This document shows, in pieces, positions 9,168 to 19,080 of a DNA stretch of 64,000 nt. The stretch lies in NCBI GenBank assembly GCA_040390065.1, contig JAZJZE010000009.1, positions 128,001-192,000 of the forward strand, written 5' to 3'. The notes under the pieces were generated by a model that ran no database searches, was not told where the DNA came from, and saw nothing but the letters and a program-made list of their open reading frames with translations. The position numbers were made by a program, and so were the translations under genes. The stretch is from a bacterium. GTDB lineage: Archaea > Thermoplasmatota > E2 > JACPAO01 > JAHFTW01. How positions within the stretch are numbered: the first letter of the stretch is position 1; every line of letters starts with the position of its first letter.

Positions 9168-10621
9168 TAGTAGGTCCTTGCAAACCGCAGTGTGTCCTTT
9201 GCCGGCTTGCTGCAGACGGCACACGCGGCTGGCGCGAAGGTCTCGTCGACGGGGACGCCGAGCGTCTTGATGTCCAGCGTCTTCTCGACGTTGGCCGCGC
9301 ATTCCGTTCCGCAGATGGGCATGGTGAGGATGTAGCCGACGTTGGCCTTCTGCCCCTCGTCATCGAGGCGCTTGGCCTCGTCGAGGGACTTGGGATGCTT
9401 GATGCGCGTCGCAACGAAGGCGGCTTGTTTGTCGAGGAGCGTTTTCTGGATGCTGGCCAGGACGTCCTTGACGCCTTGCTCCAGGTGGTCCATCGGAATG
9501 GCCTTCTTGCCCTCGCGGCCCATGTCGCGGCGGGCGCTGAAGACGGATTTCTTCTCGACGTCCTTGGGGCCGACTTCGAGGCGCAACGGGACGCCGCGCA
9601 GTTCCCAGTGGTAGTACTTCTCGCCGGCCGCCTTGGCGCGTTCGTCCAGTTCGACGCGGAAGCCCGCGAGGTCCAGCCGGTCGCGCACCGTCTTGCACGC
9701 CGCGAGGACGGCTTCCTCGCTGCCCTTGAAAACCACGGGGACGATGACGACTTGGATGGGCGCGATGTCCGGCGGCATCACCAGGCCGTTGTCGTCGCCG
9801 TGACACCCGACGACGGCACCGACGAGGCGTTCGCTCATGCCGTACGTCGTCTGGTGGCAGAGCTTGTGGCCCTCCGTCTCGGACTCGTACTTCATGTCGT
9901 ACGCCTTGGCAAAGTTCGTGCCGTAGTAGTGCACGGTGGCGCATTGCAGCGTGCGGCCGCTTGGCATGACGACGTCGGCGCCCGTGGAGTCGACGGCGCC
10001 GGGGAACTTGTCCCAGTCCGGCCGCTTCGAGTACAGCGCGGGGAGGGCGAGTTTGGCGTAGACGTGGCGCACGATGTCGAGGTCGAGCGCGACGTGCTCG
10101 CGGGCCGTCTTCTCGTCGGCGAAGACCGAGTGGTCCTCGAAGAAGTGGATCTCCCGAACGCGCATGAAGGCACGCGTCTGCTTCGTCTCGTACCGGAAGA
10201 CGTTGCAGATCTGGTACGTCGTCAGCGGCAGGTCGGAGTGGCTGCGGATCCACAGCGGGAAGATCTCGTACATGGCGCACTCCGACGTGGGGCGCACGAT
10301 CCAGCGCTCGCCTTCCGGCAGTTCGTTGTCGCCGGCATGCGTGACCCAGAAGACCTCGGAGCCGAAGCCCTTGATCTGGTCGGCCTCCTTCATGAAGAGC
10401 TTCTCGGGGATCATGAGGGGGAAGGAGACCTCGTCGTGGTGCGTGCGGCGCATCTCGGCGCGCGTGTAGTCGTCGATGGCCGACATGATGCGTTGGCCGT
10501 AAGGCCGCCAAATGTTCATGCCCTTGATGGGGTACCGCTTGTCCGTGAGTTCGGCGACCTCGACGACCTCATTGTACCACTCCATGAAGTCCTTCGACTT
10601 GGGGACCTGGGTCGCGGGCAT
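9167..10621 (-). CDS. proS: Proline--tRNA ligase (archaeal/eukaryote type)
   Basis: RPTSE, FRYETKQTRAFMRVREI, HQTTYGMSERL, WELRGVPLRLEVG, C-terminal FARTY; TTTTAT box about 25 nt upstream. Confidence 0.97.
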   Translation of the reverse strand: MPATQVPKSKDFMEWYNEVVEVAELTDKRYPIKGMNIWRPYGQRIMSAIDDYTRAEMRRTHHDEVSFPLMIPEKLFMKEADQIKGFGSEVFWVTHAGDNELPEGERWIVRPTSECAMYEIFPLWIRSHSDLPLTTYQICNVFRYETKQTRAFMRVREIHFFEDHSVFADEKTAREHVALDLDIVRHVYAKLALPALYSKRPDWDKFPGAVDSTGADVVMPSGRTLQCATVHYYGTNFAKAYDMKYESETEGHKLCHQTTYGMSERLVGAVVGCHGDDNGLVMPPDIAPIQVVIVPVVFKGSEEAVLAACKTVRDRLDLAGFRVELDERAKAAGEKYYHWELRGVPLRLEVGPKDVEKKSVFSARRDMGREGKKAIPMDHLEQGVKDVLASIQKTLLDKQAAFVATRIKHPKSLDEAKRLDDEGQKANVGYILTMPICGTECAANVEKTLDIKTLGVPVDETFAPAACAVCSKPAKDTLRFARTY

Positions 10622-10721
10622 GTTGACCCTGCGACTATGGAGATGGATAAAAGCGGGGCGGCGCGGCACGCGCAGCAAAGGTCACGGCAACGGAGCTTGA
10701 CAAGGGTATGGTGCCGGCGCT

Positions 10722-10848
10722 CTAGAGGGGCCCCTTCAATTCTCGGGGCCCACTGGCCTGCCTGGCAACCGAGTGGGGGGCGACCCCCCGAAGGGTTGTG
10801 GCTCCGTTGGCCGTGGCCAACCCTACTGTTGGGGGCCTCCCCTTGACA
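10722..10848 (-). ncRNA. Candidate structured ncRNA of about 125 nt
   Basis: Nested complementary stems in the intergenic region; strand uncertain. Confidence 0.45.
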
Positions 10849-10914
10849 TAGATTTCCCTTGGGCATGCCGCCGACCTTATGGCCTGTGCGCCGTATCGTC
10901 GACTGGTCGATTGC

Positions 10915-11847
10915 ATGGCCAAGCGCATCTCCCGCAAGACCCCGAAGGCATCGAAGAGCCCGCGCCGCAAGGCGACCCGGAAGGCCCCGTCGAAACCCAA
11001 GACGCCCCTGCGCCGGAAGGCCAAGCCAGTGAAGGCGGCAAAGGCACGCCGGGCCAAGCCCAAGGCGAAACCGGCGCCGGGAGCCTCCGCCGCGCGCGCG
11101 CCCGCAAAGCCTGCAAGGGCAACCAAGGCGGCGGGCGTTGACGTCGTGTTCAAGGAGCGAGCCGCCCCCGTGGCTTTCTCGGGTCGGGCAGCCGCCGAGG
11201 CGCGGCCCCTCAAGATCGTTCTCTTCGGCGCCTCCGGCAACATCGGCAGCCGCATCACGAGCGAGGCCGTCCGCCGCGGCCACCACGTCACGGCCGTGAT
11301 GCGCAACCCGGACCGCATGGAGTTCCGGCACGCCAACGTGCGCACGCTGCGCGCCGACGTCACGGACCCCATCCTGGTGGCGACCGTCGCCCGCGGCCAT
11401 GACGCCATCATCTCGGCCATCGCGCCGGCCGACGACGACCACGACATGCTCGCCGAGGCCGCGAGCTCCATCCTGCAGGCCGCCCGCGAAACAGGCATCA
11501 AGCGCATCGTCATCGCCAACGGAGCCGGCAGCCTCCTCGTCGGCAAAGGGAAGATGCTCATGGACACGCCGCAGTTCCCGGCCGAGTGGCGCTGGATCGC
11601 CAAGTCGCACAAGGATGCGCTCGACGTGCTGCGCGCCAAGGGCTCGGACCTCGACTGGACTGCCGTCAGTCCCGCCGCCATGATCGCCCCCGGCAAGCGC
11701 ACCGGCAAGTACCGCCTCGGCGGCGACCAACTCATGGCCGACGCAAAGGGAGACAGCCGCATCAGCATGGAAGACTTCGCGGCGGCGCTCATGGACGAGT
11801 TGGAGCAGGAACGCTACGTCGGGAAGCGGATGAGCGTGGCGTACTAG
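10915..11847 (+). CDS. NAD(P)H-binding (BVR-B-like) oxidoreductase with a basic K/R/A/P-rich N-terminal tail
   Basis: LFGASGNIGS, GAGSL, DWTAVSP and ISMEDFA motifs. Confidence 0.9.
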   Translation: MAKRISRKTPKASKSPRRKATRKAPSKPKTPLRRKAKPVKAAKARRAKPKAKPAPGASAARAPAKPARATKAAGVDVVFKERAAPVAFSGRAAAEARPLKIVLFGASGNIGSRITSEAVRRGHHVTAVMRNPDRMEFRHANVRTLRADVTDPILVATVARGHDAIISAIAPADDDHDMLAEAASSILQAARETGIKRIVIANGAGSLLVGKGKMLMDTPQFPAEWRWIAKSHKDALDVLRAKGSDLDWTAVSPAAMIAPGKRTGKYRLGGDQLMADAKGDSRISMEDFAAALMDELEQERYVGKRMSVAY

Positions 11848-11898
11848 TGCGGACACCCACCCTCCACCCTTTTGGCCCCCACCCGCGTGCGCCCAAGC

Positions 11899-13341
11899 AT
11901 GCCTGAAGTCCAGCCGATGCTCCTCGGCGGCGAATGGAAGACCAAGAGCGACGTCGAGGCCGTGCACGACCCGGCCACGGGCGCCGTGCTTGCCAGCGTC
12001 CCGCGCGGCACGAAAGAGGACGTCGACCACGCCGTCTCTGCAAGCCGCGCCGCCTTCGAAAGCAAGGACTGGAAGGGCATGGACCCGGCGCAACGCGGCC
12101 GCATCTTGCAGAAGCTCGCGGCCCTCACGTACGCCAACGCAAAGGAACTCGCCCTCATCGAGTCGCAGAACAATGGCAAGACGATCAAGGAGGCCACGGG
12201 CGACGTACGCTTTGCCGCCTGGACGCTGGAGTACTTTGCCGGTTGGGCCGACAAGGTCGAGGGCCGCACCATCCCCGTCCCCGGCGACCGGCTCGACTAC
12301 ACGCTGCAGCAACCGCTGGGCGTGACGGCGCACATCGTGCCGTGGAACTTCCCGCTGCAACTCGCCGTGCGCTCCATCGCGCCGGCACTCGCAGCCGGCT
12401 GCACGGTCGTCGCGAAGCCCGCCACGCTGACGCCGCTGTCTCTCCTGCGCTGGGCGAAGCTGGCGGAGGAGGCTGGGCTGCCAAAGGGTGTGCTGCAAGT
12501 CATCACTGGCCCCGGCGGCGAAGTCGGCGGCCGGCTGGCGTCGCATCCCGACGTCGACGGCGTCACCCTGACCGGCTCCGTCGCGACCGGCGTCCAAGTC
12601 ATGAAGGCCGCGGCGGAGAACGTCACCCCAGTGACGCTCGAACTAGGCGGCAAGGGGGCCCACATTGTCTTGCCTGACGCCGACTTGAAGAAGGCCGCCA
12701 AGGGCATCTGCTTTGGCATCTTCATGAACGCCGGGCAGATGTGCTGGGCAGGTTCGCGCCTTCTAGCACACGAATCCATCCACGATGCACTCGTCGAAGC
12801 CGTGAAGGCGGAAGCCGCGACGTGGAGGCTCGGCGTCGGCACCGAGGACGGCGTGCGCATCGGCAGCATGGTCAGCCAAGGCCAACGCAAGTCCGTCCTC
12901 GCCATGGTGCAGAAGGGCACCGACCAAGGCGCGACGCTCGTGATGGGCGGCAAGGCCCCGACGGACCCCAAGCTCGCAGGCGGCGCATTCGTCGAACCCA
13001 CGATCCTCACAAACGTCGAGGCAAAGAACGCCACGTGGAAGGAGGAAGTCTTCGGGCCCGTCCTCAGCGTCATGCCGTTTGCCACCGCCGACGACGCCGT
13101 CAAGCTCGCCAACGGCGTCGACTACGGACTCCTCAACGGCCTGTGGACGAAGGACCTCTCCTCGGCGCATCGCATCGCCCGCGACTTGCAATGCGGCATG
13201 GTCAGCGTCAACGAATACCCCGTGACGTTCCCGCAGACCCCGTTTACCGGTTGGAAGAAGTCCGGCATCGGCGCCGAGCAGGGCCGCGACGCGATGAACT
13301 TCTACACGCGCACGAAGAACGTCAACGTGAACTTGGGGTAG
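11899..13341 (+). CDS. Aldehyde dehydrogenase
   Basis: VPWNFP, LTGS, LELGGK, NAGQMC and EEVFGPV motifs. Confidence 0.96.
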   Translation: MPEVQPMLLGGEWKTKSDVEAVHDPATGAVLASVPRGTKEDVDHAVSASRAAFESKDWKGMDPAQRGRILQKLAALTYANAKELALIESQNNGKTIKEATGDVRFAAWTLEYFAGWADKVEGRTIPVPGDRLDYTLQQPLGVTAHIVPWNFPLQLAVRSIAPALAAGCTVVAKPATLTPLSLLRWAKLAEEAGLPKGVLQVITGPGGEVGGRLASHPDVDGVTLTGSVATGVQVMKAAAENVTPVTLELGGKGAHIVLPDADLKKAAKGICFGIFMNAGQMCWAGSRLLAHESIHDALVEAVKAEAATWRLGVGTEDGVRIGSMVSQGQRKSVLAMVQKGTDQGATLVMGGKAPTDPKLAGGAFVEPTILTNVEAKNATWKEEVFGPVLSVMPFATADDAVKLANGVDYGLLNGLWTKDLSSAHRIARDLQCGMVSVNEYPVTFPQTPFTGWKKSGIGAEQGRDAMNFYTRTKNVNVNLG

Positions 13342-13372
13342 TGCACAAACGCGGATCGCGGGCGCGGCTTGA

Positions 13373-14422
13373 CTATCGGCGACGCGCCGCAAGGACCACG
13401 AGAAGCACGGCGACGAGGGCCCAGGGTGCAGCCGCCGACGAATGCGCCTGGGCTGCGGCGGGCTCGTTGTGGGGTTCCGCGTGGATGTGGATACGGCCCT
13501 TGAAGTGCTGGGCCAGGACGCGGACGTGCCATTCCCCCGGCGCACCCGACAGGCGCTGCGGCTTGTGCTGCGACATGGAATCGATTTGGGCTACGACGTC
13601 GGTGCCGTTGCCGTCCGTCATTGTGACGGCGATCGCTCCCCCGGTGCGGTCGACGTCCAATGTCAAGTCGAGGTCGGGCGTCGCTACACTCCAGTTGTAG
13701 TCGTACTGCGCCGTTCGGGGGGCCCCGAAGTACGTGTCGATGTCCAGAACCTGGTCCCGCACTTCGGTGAAGGGGCGGGAAGGGTCCAGTTGGAGCGGAC
13801 AGCCTCGCACGCGCGTGCAGCCGAGAACCACGTACTCGGGCTGGAAGTCGGTGCCCAGGATGCACCCGTGCGGGTTCGGGTCCGGTGCGCAGTCCTGCAG
13901 GACGAGCGGGTTGGCGGGCGCATTGGAGTACGAGTACCCCTTGATGCTCGTCAACCCCTTGCCGACGGCGAGCTCGTACAACTCGTAGGGGACCCAGCAG
14001 TACGCCGCATTCCCCTCCGGCCTGCAGGGTATGGGCGCCAATGCGGATTCGCCGTGGGAGTCGAAGCGCAGTTGCCGGCTGGTCCAGACGTCGCTCTCAC
14101 CCGCTTGGGTGAGCAACTGCAGCCATACTTCGCCGCCGGTGCCGACGGGGTCCGTGAAATCGGCCACCTGGATGCGCACGAGAAGGGTCCCATTCCCTGG
14201 CTCGGCGATGGCCAGCTCCCGCATGTCGGCGAAGCCCAAGGCATCCGCGGGGTCGGTCCAGACCGGCTGGAACTCAAGGTCATCGAACGGCGCCGCGGCA
14301 GCGGTTTGGCCAAGGGACGCCGCGCACCACATCAGGATGACCGCCTGCTTGACGCGCACGTTATGGTTCGCACTCCCACGTGCATGAAATAGTTGCCCCA
14401 CCCACCTAGCGAGCCTTTTCAC
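13373..14422 (-). CDS. Secreted protein with C-terminal TM plus RRR tail
   Basis: Signal-like N-terminus (true start probably about 14352); C-terminus PWALVAVLLVVLAARRR. Confidence 0.7.
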   Translation of the reverse strand: MKRLARWVGQLFHARGSANHNVRVKQAVILMWCAASLGQTAAAAPFDDLEFQPVWTDPADALGFADMRELAIAEPGNGTLLVRIQVADFTDPVGTGGEVWLQLLTQAGESDVWTSRQLRFDSHGESALAPIPCRPEGNAAYCWVPYELYELAVGKGLTSIKGYSYSNAPANPLVLQDCAPDPNPHGCILGTDFQPEYVVLGCTRVRGCPLQLDPSRPFTEVRDQVLDIDTYFGAPRTAQYDYNWSVATPDLDLTLDVDRTGGAIAVTMTDGNGTDVVAQIDSMSQHKPQRLSGAPGEWHVRVLAQHFKGRIHIHAEPHNEPAAAQAHSSAAAPWALVAVLLVVLAARRR

Positions 14423-14444
14423 GGCGCTCCCCTTCGGCCCAGCG

Positions 14445-15236
14445 ATGACGTCCGCTTACGTCACAGTCCAGCGCGAACCCGGCGCCGTCGCCGTGGTCAC
14501 CTTCAGCCGCGCCGAGTCGATGAACTCCTTCGACCCGAAGGTCATCGGCGAACTGCACCGTCTGTTCCGCTCGCTCCTCGACGACGTGACGGTGCGCGGC
14601 ATCGTCCTCACGGGGACGGGAAAAGCGTTCTGCGCCGGCGCCGATGTGCGGGAATTCGAGAAGGGGGTCCAATCCGGCACCGCCGTCCAATGGGTGCTCG
14701 ACGCAACGGCCGCGCTCCACCCGCTCCTGCTCGAGATCCAGGAATCGCCCAAGGTCTTCGTGGCGGCGCTCAACGGAGTTGCCGCCGGCGGCGGGTTGGG
14801 GCTGGCGCTCGTGGCCGACGCGCGTATCGCAAATCCACAGGCCCGCCTGGCGGCGTCGTATTTCCGTCTCGGCCTCAGCCCCGATGGCGGCGCGACGTGG
14901 CTCATGCCGCGACTCGTCGGGTTCCAGCGGGCGCGCCAGTTCTTCTTCAACAACGAAGTCATGGACGCCGAGGAGGCCTTCGTCTGCGGCGCCGTCGACG
15001 AACTGGTCCCGGCGGACAAGCTGCTGCCGCGCGCCATCGAATTGGCCCGCACGTGGGGCGCGTGGGCGGCCCACAGCCGCGGTGCAACCAAACGCCTCTT
15101 GGCTGCCTCCGAGAACCACGACTTCGGCACGCAGTTGGACCTCGAGCGCGGCCTCATCGCCGCCGCGGCCGGGACGAAAGACTTCGCGGAAGGCGTCACT
15201 GCGTTCCGGGGAAAACGCGAGCCGAAGTTCGCCTGA
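14445..15236 (+). CDS. Enoyl-CoA hydratase/isomerase (PaaG-like)
   Basis: AFCAGAD, NGVAAGGG, GLSPDGGATW and EGVTAFRGKREPKF motifs. Confidence 0.93.
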   Translation: MTSAYVTVQREPGAVAVVTFSRAESMNSFDPKVIGELHRLFRSLLDDVTVRGIVLTGTGKAFCAGADVREFEKGVQSGTAVQWVLDATAALHPLLLEIQESPKVFVAALNGVAAGGGLGLALVADARIANPQARLAASYFRLGLSPDGGATWLMPRLVGFQRARQFFFNNEVMDAEEAFVCGAVDELVPADKLLPRAIELARTWGAWAAHSRGATKRLLAASENHDFGTQLDLERGLIAAAAGTKDFAEGVTAFRGKREPKFA

Positions 15237-15240
15237 CCGG

Positions 15241-15515
15241 ACCACCTGCGTATCGACGTTGCCCGCAAGAGCCTCCCCCGCCCCCACCATCAACCGAAGC
15301 AACAGAAGCAACCGAGTTGCAAGGCCGCTCGTCAGGCGCCCCTCGGTGGTGGGCACTCGTCCGTGCGAGCGCAAGGCGCGAGCGTAGCGGGGGCGAGGGA
15401 CGCGCAAGCGCCCCCGCGGGGGGACATGGGCGGGGGGCCGAGCCCCCCGCCGCTATGTGGCGCCGCAGAACAGCGGCGGCGCCACGACGCAACTGATCGA
15501 CCTGTTTGCAGGTCG
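15241..15515 (+). mobile_element. Structured dispersed repeat, copy E2
   Basis: Ends GATCGACCTGTTTGCAGGTCG (hairpin 15498-15515); flanked by GACCGG at 15235 and 15515; left boundary inferred. Confidence 0.75.
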
Positions 15516-15554
15516 ACCGGCATTGCCATGAACCGCGTTCGAATCCCGCAAGCC

Positions 15555-16358
15555 ATGGCAAATGTCGACCTCGCGTTCAAAGAGGACGGCCCCGGCGCCG
15601 GCCCCGCCGTCGTCCTGGTGCACGGCTTCCCTTTCGACGGCCGCATGTGGCTCCCGACGGCCAAGGTCCTGGGCGCAGCCGGCTACCACGTCATCGTCCC
15701 CGACTTGCGTGGCCACGGCAAGTCGCCCGTCGGCGAAGGAGCCGCGACGATGGAGGCCATGGCGGACGACGTTGCCGGCCTGCTCGACAAGCTCGCAATC
15801 CGCCGCTGCGTCCTCGTCGGCTTCTCGATGGGCGGATACGCCGCGCTGCAGGTCGCGCACCGGCACCGCGAACGCCTGTCGGCCCTCGGCCTCGTCGACA
15901 CGCGCGCCGAGGCGGACTCCGAGGAGGCCAAGGCGGGCCGGCGCACGACGGCCGCCGCCATCCGCGAGAAGGGCATGCAGCACCTCGTCGACACGATGCT
16001 TCCCAAGGTGACCGGTCCCGCGACGAAGGCGAAGAAGCCGGAGGTCGTCGAATTCCTCACCCGCATGGTCCTCGAGAATTCGACGGACGGCGCCGTGGCG
16101 GCGCTCGCAGGCATGGGGAAGCGTCCGGACATGCGTGGCAAGCTTTCCGGCATGGGGCTTCCCGTCTTCGTGGCGGTGGGCGAGGACGACGTCATCACAC
16201 CCCCCGACGCGGGCTCGCGCATGGCCCACGCCTTCGCCATGAGCAGCTACGAATTGATTCCCGGCGCCGGTCATGTGTCACCGCTGGAGCAACCCGAGAA
16301 GTTCCACAAGGTTCTCCTGGAGTGGCTCGGGGCCGTCTCGCCGGTACGCCGCAGCTAG
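15555..16358 (+). CDS. Alpha/beta hydrolase (enol-lactonase-like)
   Basis: HGFP, PDLRGHG, GFSMGG, GEDD and AGHVSPLEQP motifs. Confidence 0.92.
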   Translation: MANVDLAFKEDGPGAGPAVVLVHGFPFDGRMWLPTAKVLGAAGYHVIVPDLRGHGKSPVGEGAATMEAMADDVAGLLDKLAIRRCVLVGFSMGGYAALQVAHRHRERLSALGLVDTRAEADSEEAKAGRRTTAAAIREKGMQHLVDTMLPKVTGPATKAKKPEVVEFLTRMVLENSTDGAVAALAGMGKRPDMRGKLSGMGLPVFVAVGEDDVITPPDAGSRMAHAFAMSSYELIPGAGHVSPLEQPEKFHKVLLEWLGAVSPVRRS

Positions 16359-16370
16359 GCGCCCACAGGT

Positions 16371-16434
16371 CAACCGACGCAACCGAGGCAACCGACCCAG
16401 TCACCAGATTCGGTTGCGTCAGTTGCTTCGGCTG
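16371..16434. repeat. 9-bp-periodic palindrome (CAACCGANG units)
   Basis: Three tandem units followed by reverse-complement units, between convergent genes; partial copy at 15291-15320. Confidence 0.8.
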
Positions 16435-16449
16435 AGGGAACGCCGAAGC

Positions 16450-17358
16450 CTAGGGGCCAATCAACGTCGCCGCATTGTCATGCAAGATCATGCGATTCGC
16501 CTTCTCCGACAGTCCGAGAGCGAGGAACGATTCGACGTTCTTGCCCATTCCCGGGACTCCGGGTCCTGGCCAGTCGCTTCCCCAGAGGGTCCGCGGCGCC
16601 AACGCCTCGAGGTCGCCAAAGTAGTCTGGCAGCTTCTTCGGTGGGCAACTCGACACGTCGAGCCAGGCGTTCGGGAACTCTGCCAGAATGGCAAGGGCCT
16701 CCTGCGTCTCGTCCGGTCGCCCGCCGTGCGCAATGACCACCTTGAGTTTGGGGAAGGTCTGGCACACCTTGCGCAGGCGCGACGGTGAGCCGAACTTGTT
16801 TGACGCGCCCGGGAACTTGCTCGTGCCGGTATGGAAGATGACGGGCATGCCGCGTCGTTCACATTCCCGCAGCGCCGGCCGCAGGCGCCGCCCGTCGGGT
16901 CGCAAATGTTGGTGGACGGCGTGGATCTTCAGTGCCCGGATGCCCAGGTCCGCCAGCTTGCCGACGGCCTCCTCGCCGTCGCCGTCGTGCCGCGGGTCGT
17001 AGCCGCCAACGGCGACCAGGCGCGTGGGGTCGGCCTCGACGTACCCGCCGATCCAGTCGTTGACTTCCCACCCGTAGCCCATCACTTCCTTGGCGCAGTA
17101 ATTGACGAGCCACGCCTGCCGGATGCCCTCGCGGTCCATGTGTTCCAGGAACGCGGTTGCATCGGCCTGGAATTCCTGCATGAGGTGAAACGTGGGGTTC
17201 TGGCGGATGAGGGCCTGCGCCGCCGGCGTCATGAGGTCGAAGCGGTTGACGTGCACGTGGCCGTCGACGACCGGGATGCCTGCATGAGGCCACTTGCCCG
17301 CCGGGACGGTCTTGGCCTTGGTGGGCGTCGATTTGGGCTTGGGCGCACGCGTTGCCAT
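16450..17358 (-). CDS. Amidohydrolase_2 family protein
   Basis: DGHVH, LKIH, FHTG, AHGG and WGSDWP motifs. Confidence 0.92.
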   Translation of the reverse strand: MATRAPKPKSTPTKAKTVPAGKWPHAGIPVVDGHVHVNRFDLMTPAAQALIRQNPTFHLMQEFQADATAFLEHMDREGIRQAWLVNYCAKEVMGYGWEVNDWIGGYVEADPTRLVAVGGYDPRHDGDGEEAVGKLADLGIRALKIHAVHQHLRPDGRRLRPALRECERRGMPVIFHTGTSKFPGASNKFGSPSRLRKVCQTFPKLKVVIAHGGRPDETQEALAILAEFPNAWLDVSSCPPKKLPDYFGDLEALAPRTLWGSDWPGPGVPGMGKNVESFLALGLSEKANRMILHDNAATLIGP

Positions 17359-17384
17359 GCTGTCGAAGGTGAGGCGTCCAACCT

Positions 17385-18161
17385 TCATGTGCGTGGCGGA
17401 CGCGGCACTGCGGCCTTGGAAAGGAAGGCCTGCACCCGCCGCTTCGACTCTTCGCGTGCGTGCAACGACACGAATTCGTCCACCTCCATGGCAAGGCCGC
17501 GCTGGTAATCAACCGTCACGGCGGCGTGAAGGGCGCGCTTCGCGGCCGCCACGGCGACCGGGTCTTGGGCCGCCATGCGCGAAGCCATGGCCACGGCCGA
17601 AGGCAGGACCGTTTCAGGGGAAAGCACGATGTCGACCAAGCCAAGGATTTGCGCTTCGGCCCCGTCGACAGCGTGCCCCGTGAACACGAGACGACCGGCG
17701 TGGCTTCGACCGATGAGGCGTACCAGTCGCTGCGTTCCCCCGCCTCCTGGAATCAAGCCGAAGGAGATTTCCGGCTGACCCAGCCGGGCCGCGGCACTGC
17801 AGGCCCGCCAATCGCAAGCCGTCGCGAGTTCGAGGCCGGCTCCGAGGGCATCCCCGTTGATGGCCGCGATGACGGGCTTGCGCAGCCCTTCGATGACTGA
17901 GTAGATGTGCGGCGGCTGCAGGAAGGCGGCTTGCTGCTCGCTGGTGCGCGCCGCAAGTTCCCCGAGGTCGGCGCCAGCGGCGAAGGCAGAGCCTGCCCCC
18001 GTGATGACGATGGCGCCGACGCTCGCGTCGTTTTCCGCTTCGTGCAGGTTTGCAATGAGTTCGAGGCGCAAGGCGGCGCTGAGGGCGTTGCGCTGCTCGG
18101 GACGGTTGAGGGTGAGGATCCGGACGCGCCCTTCGTCCTTCGACAAGACCAAACCACTCAT
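17385..18161 (-). CDS. Enoyl-CoA hydratase (PaaF-like)
   Basis: LNRPEQRNAL, AFAAGAD, GAGLELA and QPEISFGLIPGGGGTQRL motifs. Confidence 0.93.
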   Translation of the reverse strand: MSGLVLSKDEGRVRILTLNRPEQRNALSAALRLELIANLHEAENDASVGAIVITGAGSAFAAGADLGELAARTSEQQAAFLQPPHIYSVIEGLRKPVIAAINGDALGAGLELATACDWRACSAAARLGQPEISFGLIPGGGGTQRLVRLIGRSHAGRLVFTGHAVDGAEAQILGLVDIVLSPETVLPSAVAMASRMAAQDPVAVAAAKRALHAAVTVDYQRGLAMEVDEFVSLHAREESKRRVQAFLSKAAVPRPPRT

Positions 18162-19042
18162 GACAATCGTCGCTCCATGGGTTTTCCCGTCGACCAGTCG
18201 TAGATTCCTTTGCCGGACTTCTTGCCGACCTCGCCGCGCTCCACGAGGCGACGCGCGAAGGCGGGGCTGTCGAACTGCGATCCGCCGAGTTCGCGCTTGA
18301 GATAGTCGCTGATGGCAAGGCGGACGTCGAGTCCCACGAGGTCGGACAATTCGAGCGGGCCCATCGGGTGGCCGTAGCCGAGACGCATCGCCGTGTCGAT
18401 GTCGCTGGCCGAGGCGACGCCGGATTCGAGCATGCGCATGGCCTCGTTGCCAAGCACGATGCCCAGGCGGCTCGTGGCAAAACCGGGAACGTCCTTGGCG
18501 ACGATCGTGGTCTTGCCGAGCCGGTCGCCGACCGCGCGGGCCGCGGCGACGGTGGCGTCGGAGGCGGCGTCGTGGCGGACAATCTCGAGGAGTTTCATGA
18601 GCGGCACCGGATTGAAGAAGTGCATGCCGACGACGGCCTGCGGCCGCTTCGTGGCGGCGGCGATCTGGGCGATGCTGAGACTTGACGTGTTCGTGGCGAG
18701 GACCGCGTGCGGGGGCGCCCATCGGTCCGCGTCCCGGAAGACGTCCTGTTTGAGGGCCATGTTCTCGGGGACGGCTTCGATCACGAGGTCGCTCTTGGCA
18801 AGCGCGTCGCGCAGCGGGGTCTTGGCGTCGAGGTTCGCGGTCCACGCATCCCGCTGCGCCGTCGTGGTCTTGCCCTTGGCGATGCCCGCGGCCCAGAACT
18901 CCTCGATGCGCGCGACGCCCCTGGCCAGCCCGGCCGGGATGGCGTCGTGCAGGTAGGTGTAGTACCCGGCTTGGGCGCACACTTGCGCGATGCCCGCGCC
19001 CATCGTGCCGGCGCCGACGATGGTGACGGTCTTGACGTCCAT
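18158..19042 (-). CDS. 3-hydroxyacyl-CoA dehydrogenase
   Basis: GAGTMGAGIA, EAVPE, TNTSSL, MHFFNP and HPMGPL motifs. Confidence 0.95.
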   Translation of the reverse strand: MDVKTVTIVGAGTMGAGIAQVCAQAGYYTYLHDAIPAGLARGVARIEEFWAAGIAKGKTTTAQRDAWTANLDAKTPLRDALAKSDLVIEAVPENMALKQDVFRDADRWAPPHAVLATNTSSLSIAQIAAATKRPQAVVGMHFFNPVPLMKLLEIVRHDAASDATVAAARAVGDRLGKTTIVAKDVPGFATSRLGIVLGNEAMRMLESGVASASDIDTAMRLGYGHPMGPLELSDLVGLDVRLAISDYLKRELGGSQFDSPAFARRLVERGEVGKKSGKGIYDWSTGKPMERRLS

Positions 19043-19080
19043 CGGGGGCCGCGAGGGCGCAACCCGGTGAAAGGCTTGCC

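Noticed and set aside
10722-10848. 5S rRNA, SRP RNA or T-box identity for the structured region
   Set aside because: The conserved motifs of these RNAs are not recognisable; kept as an unknown candidate.
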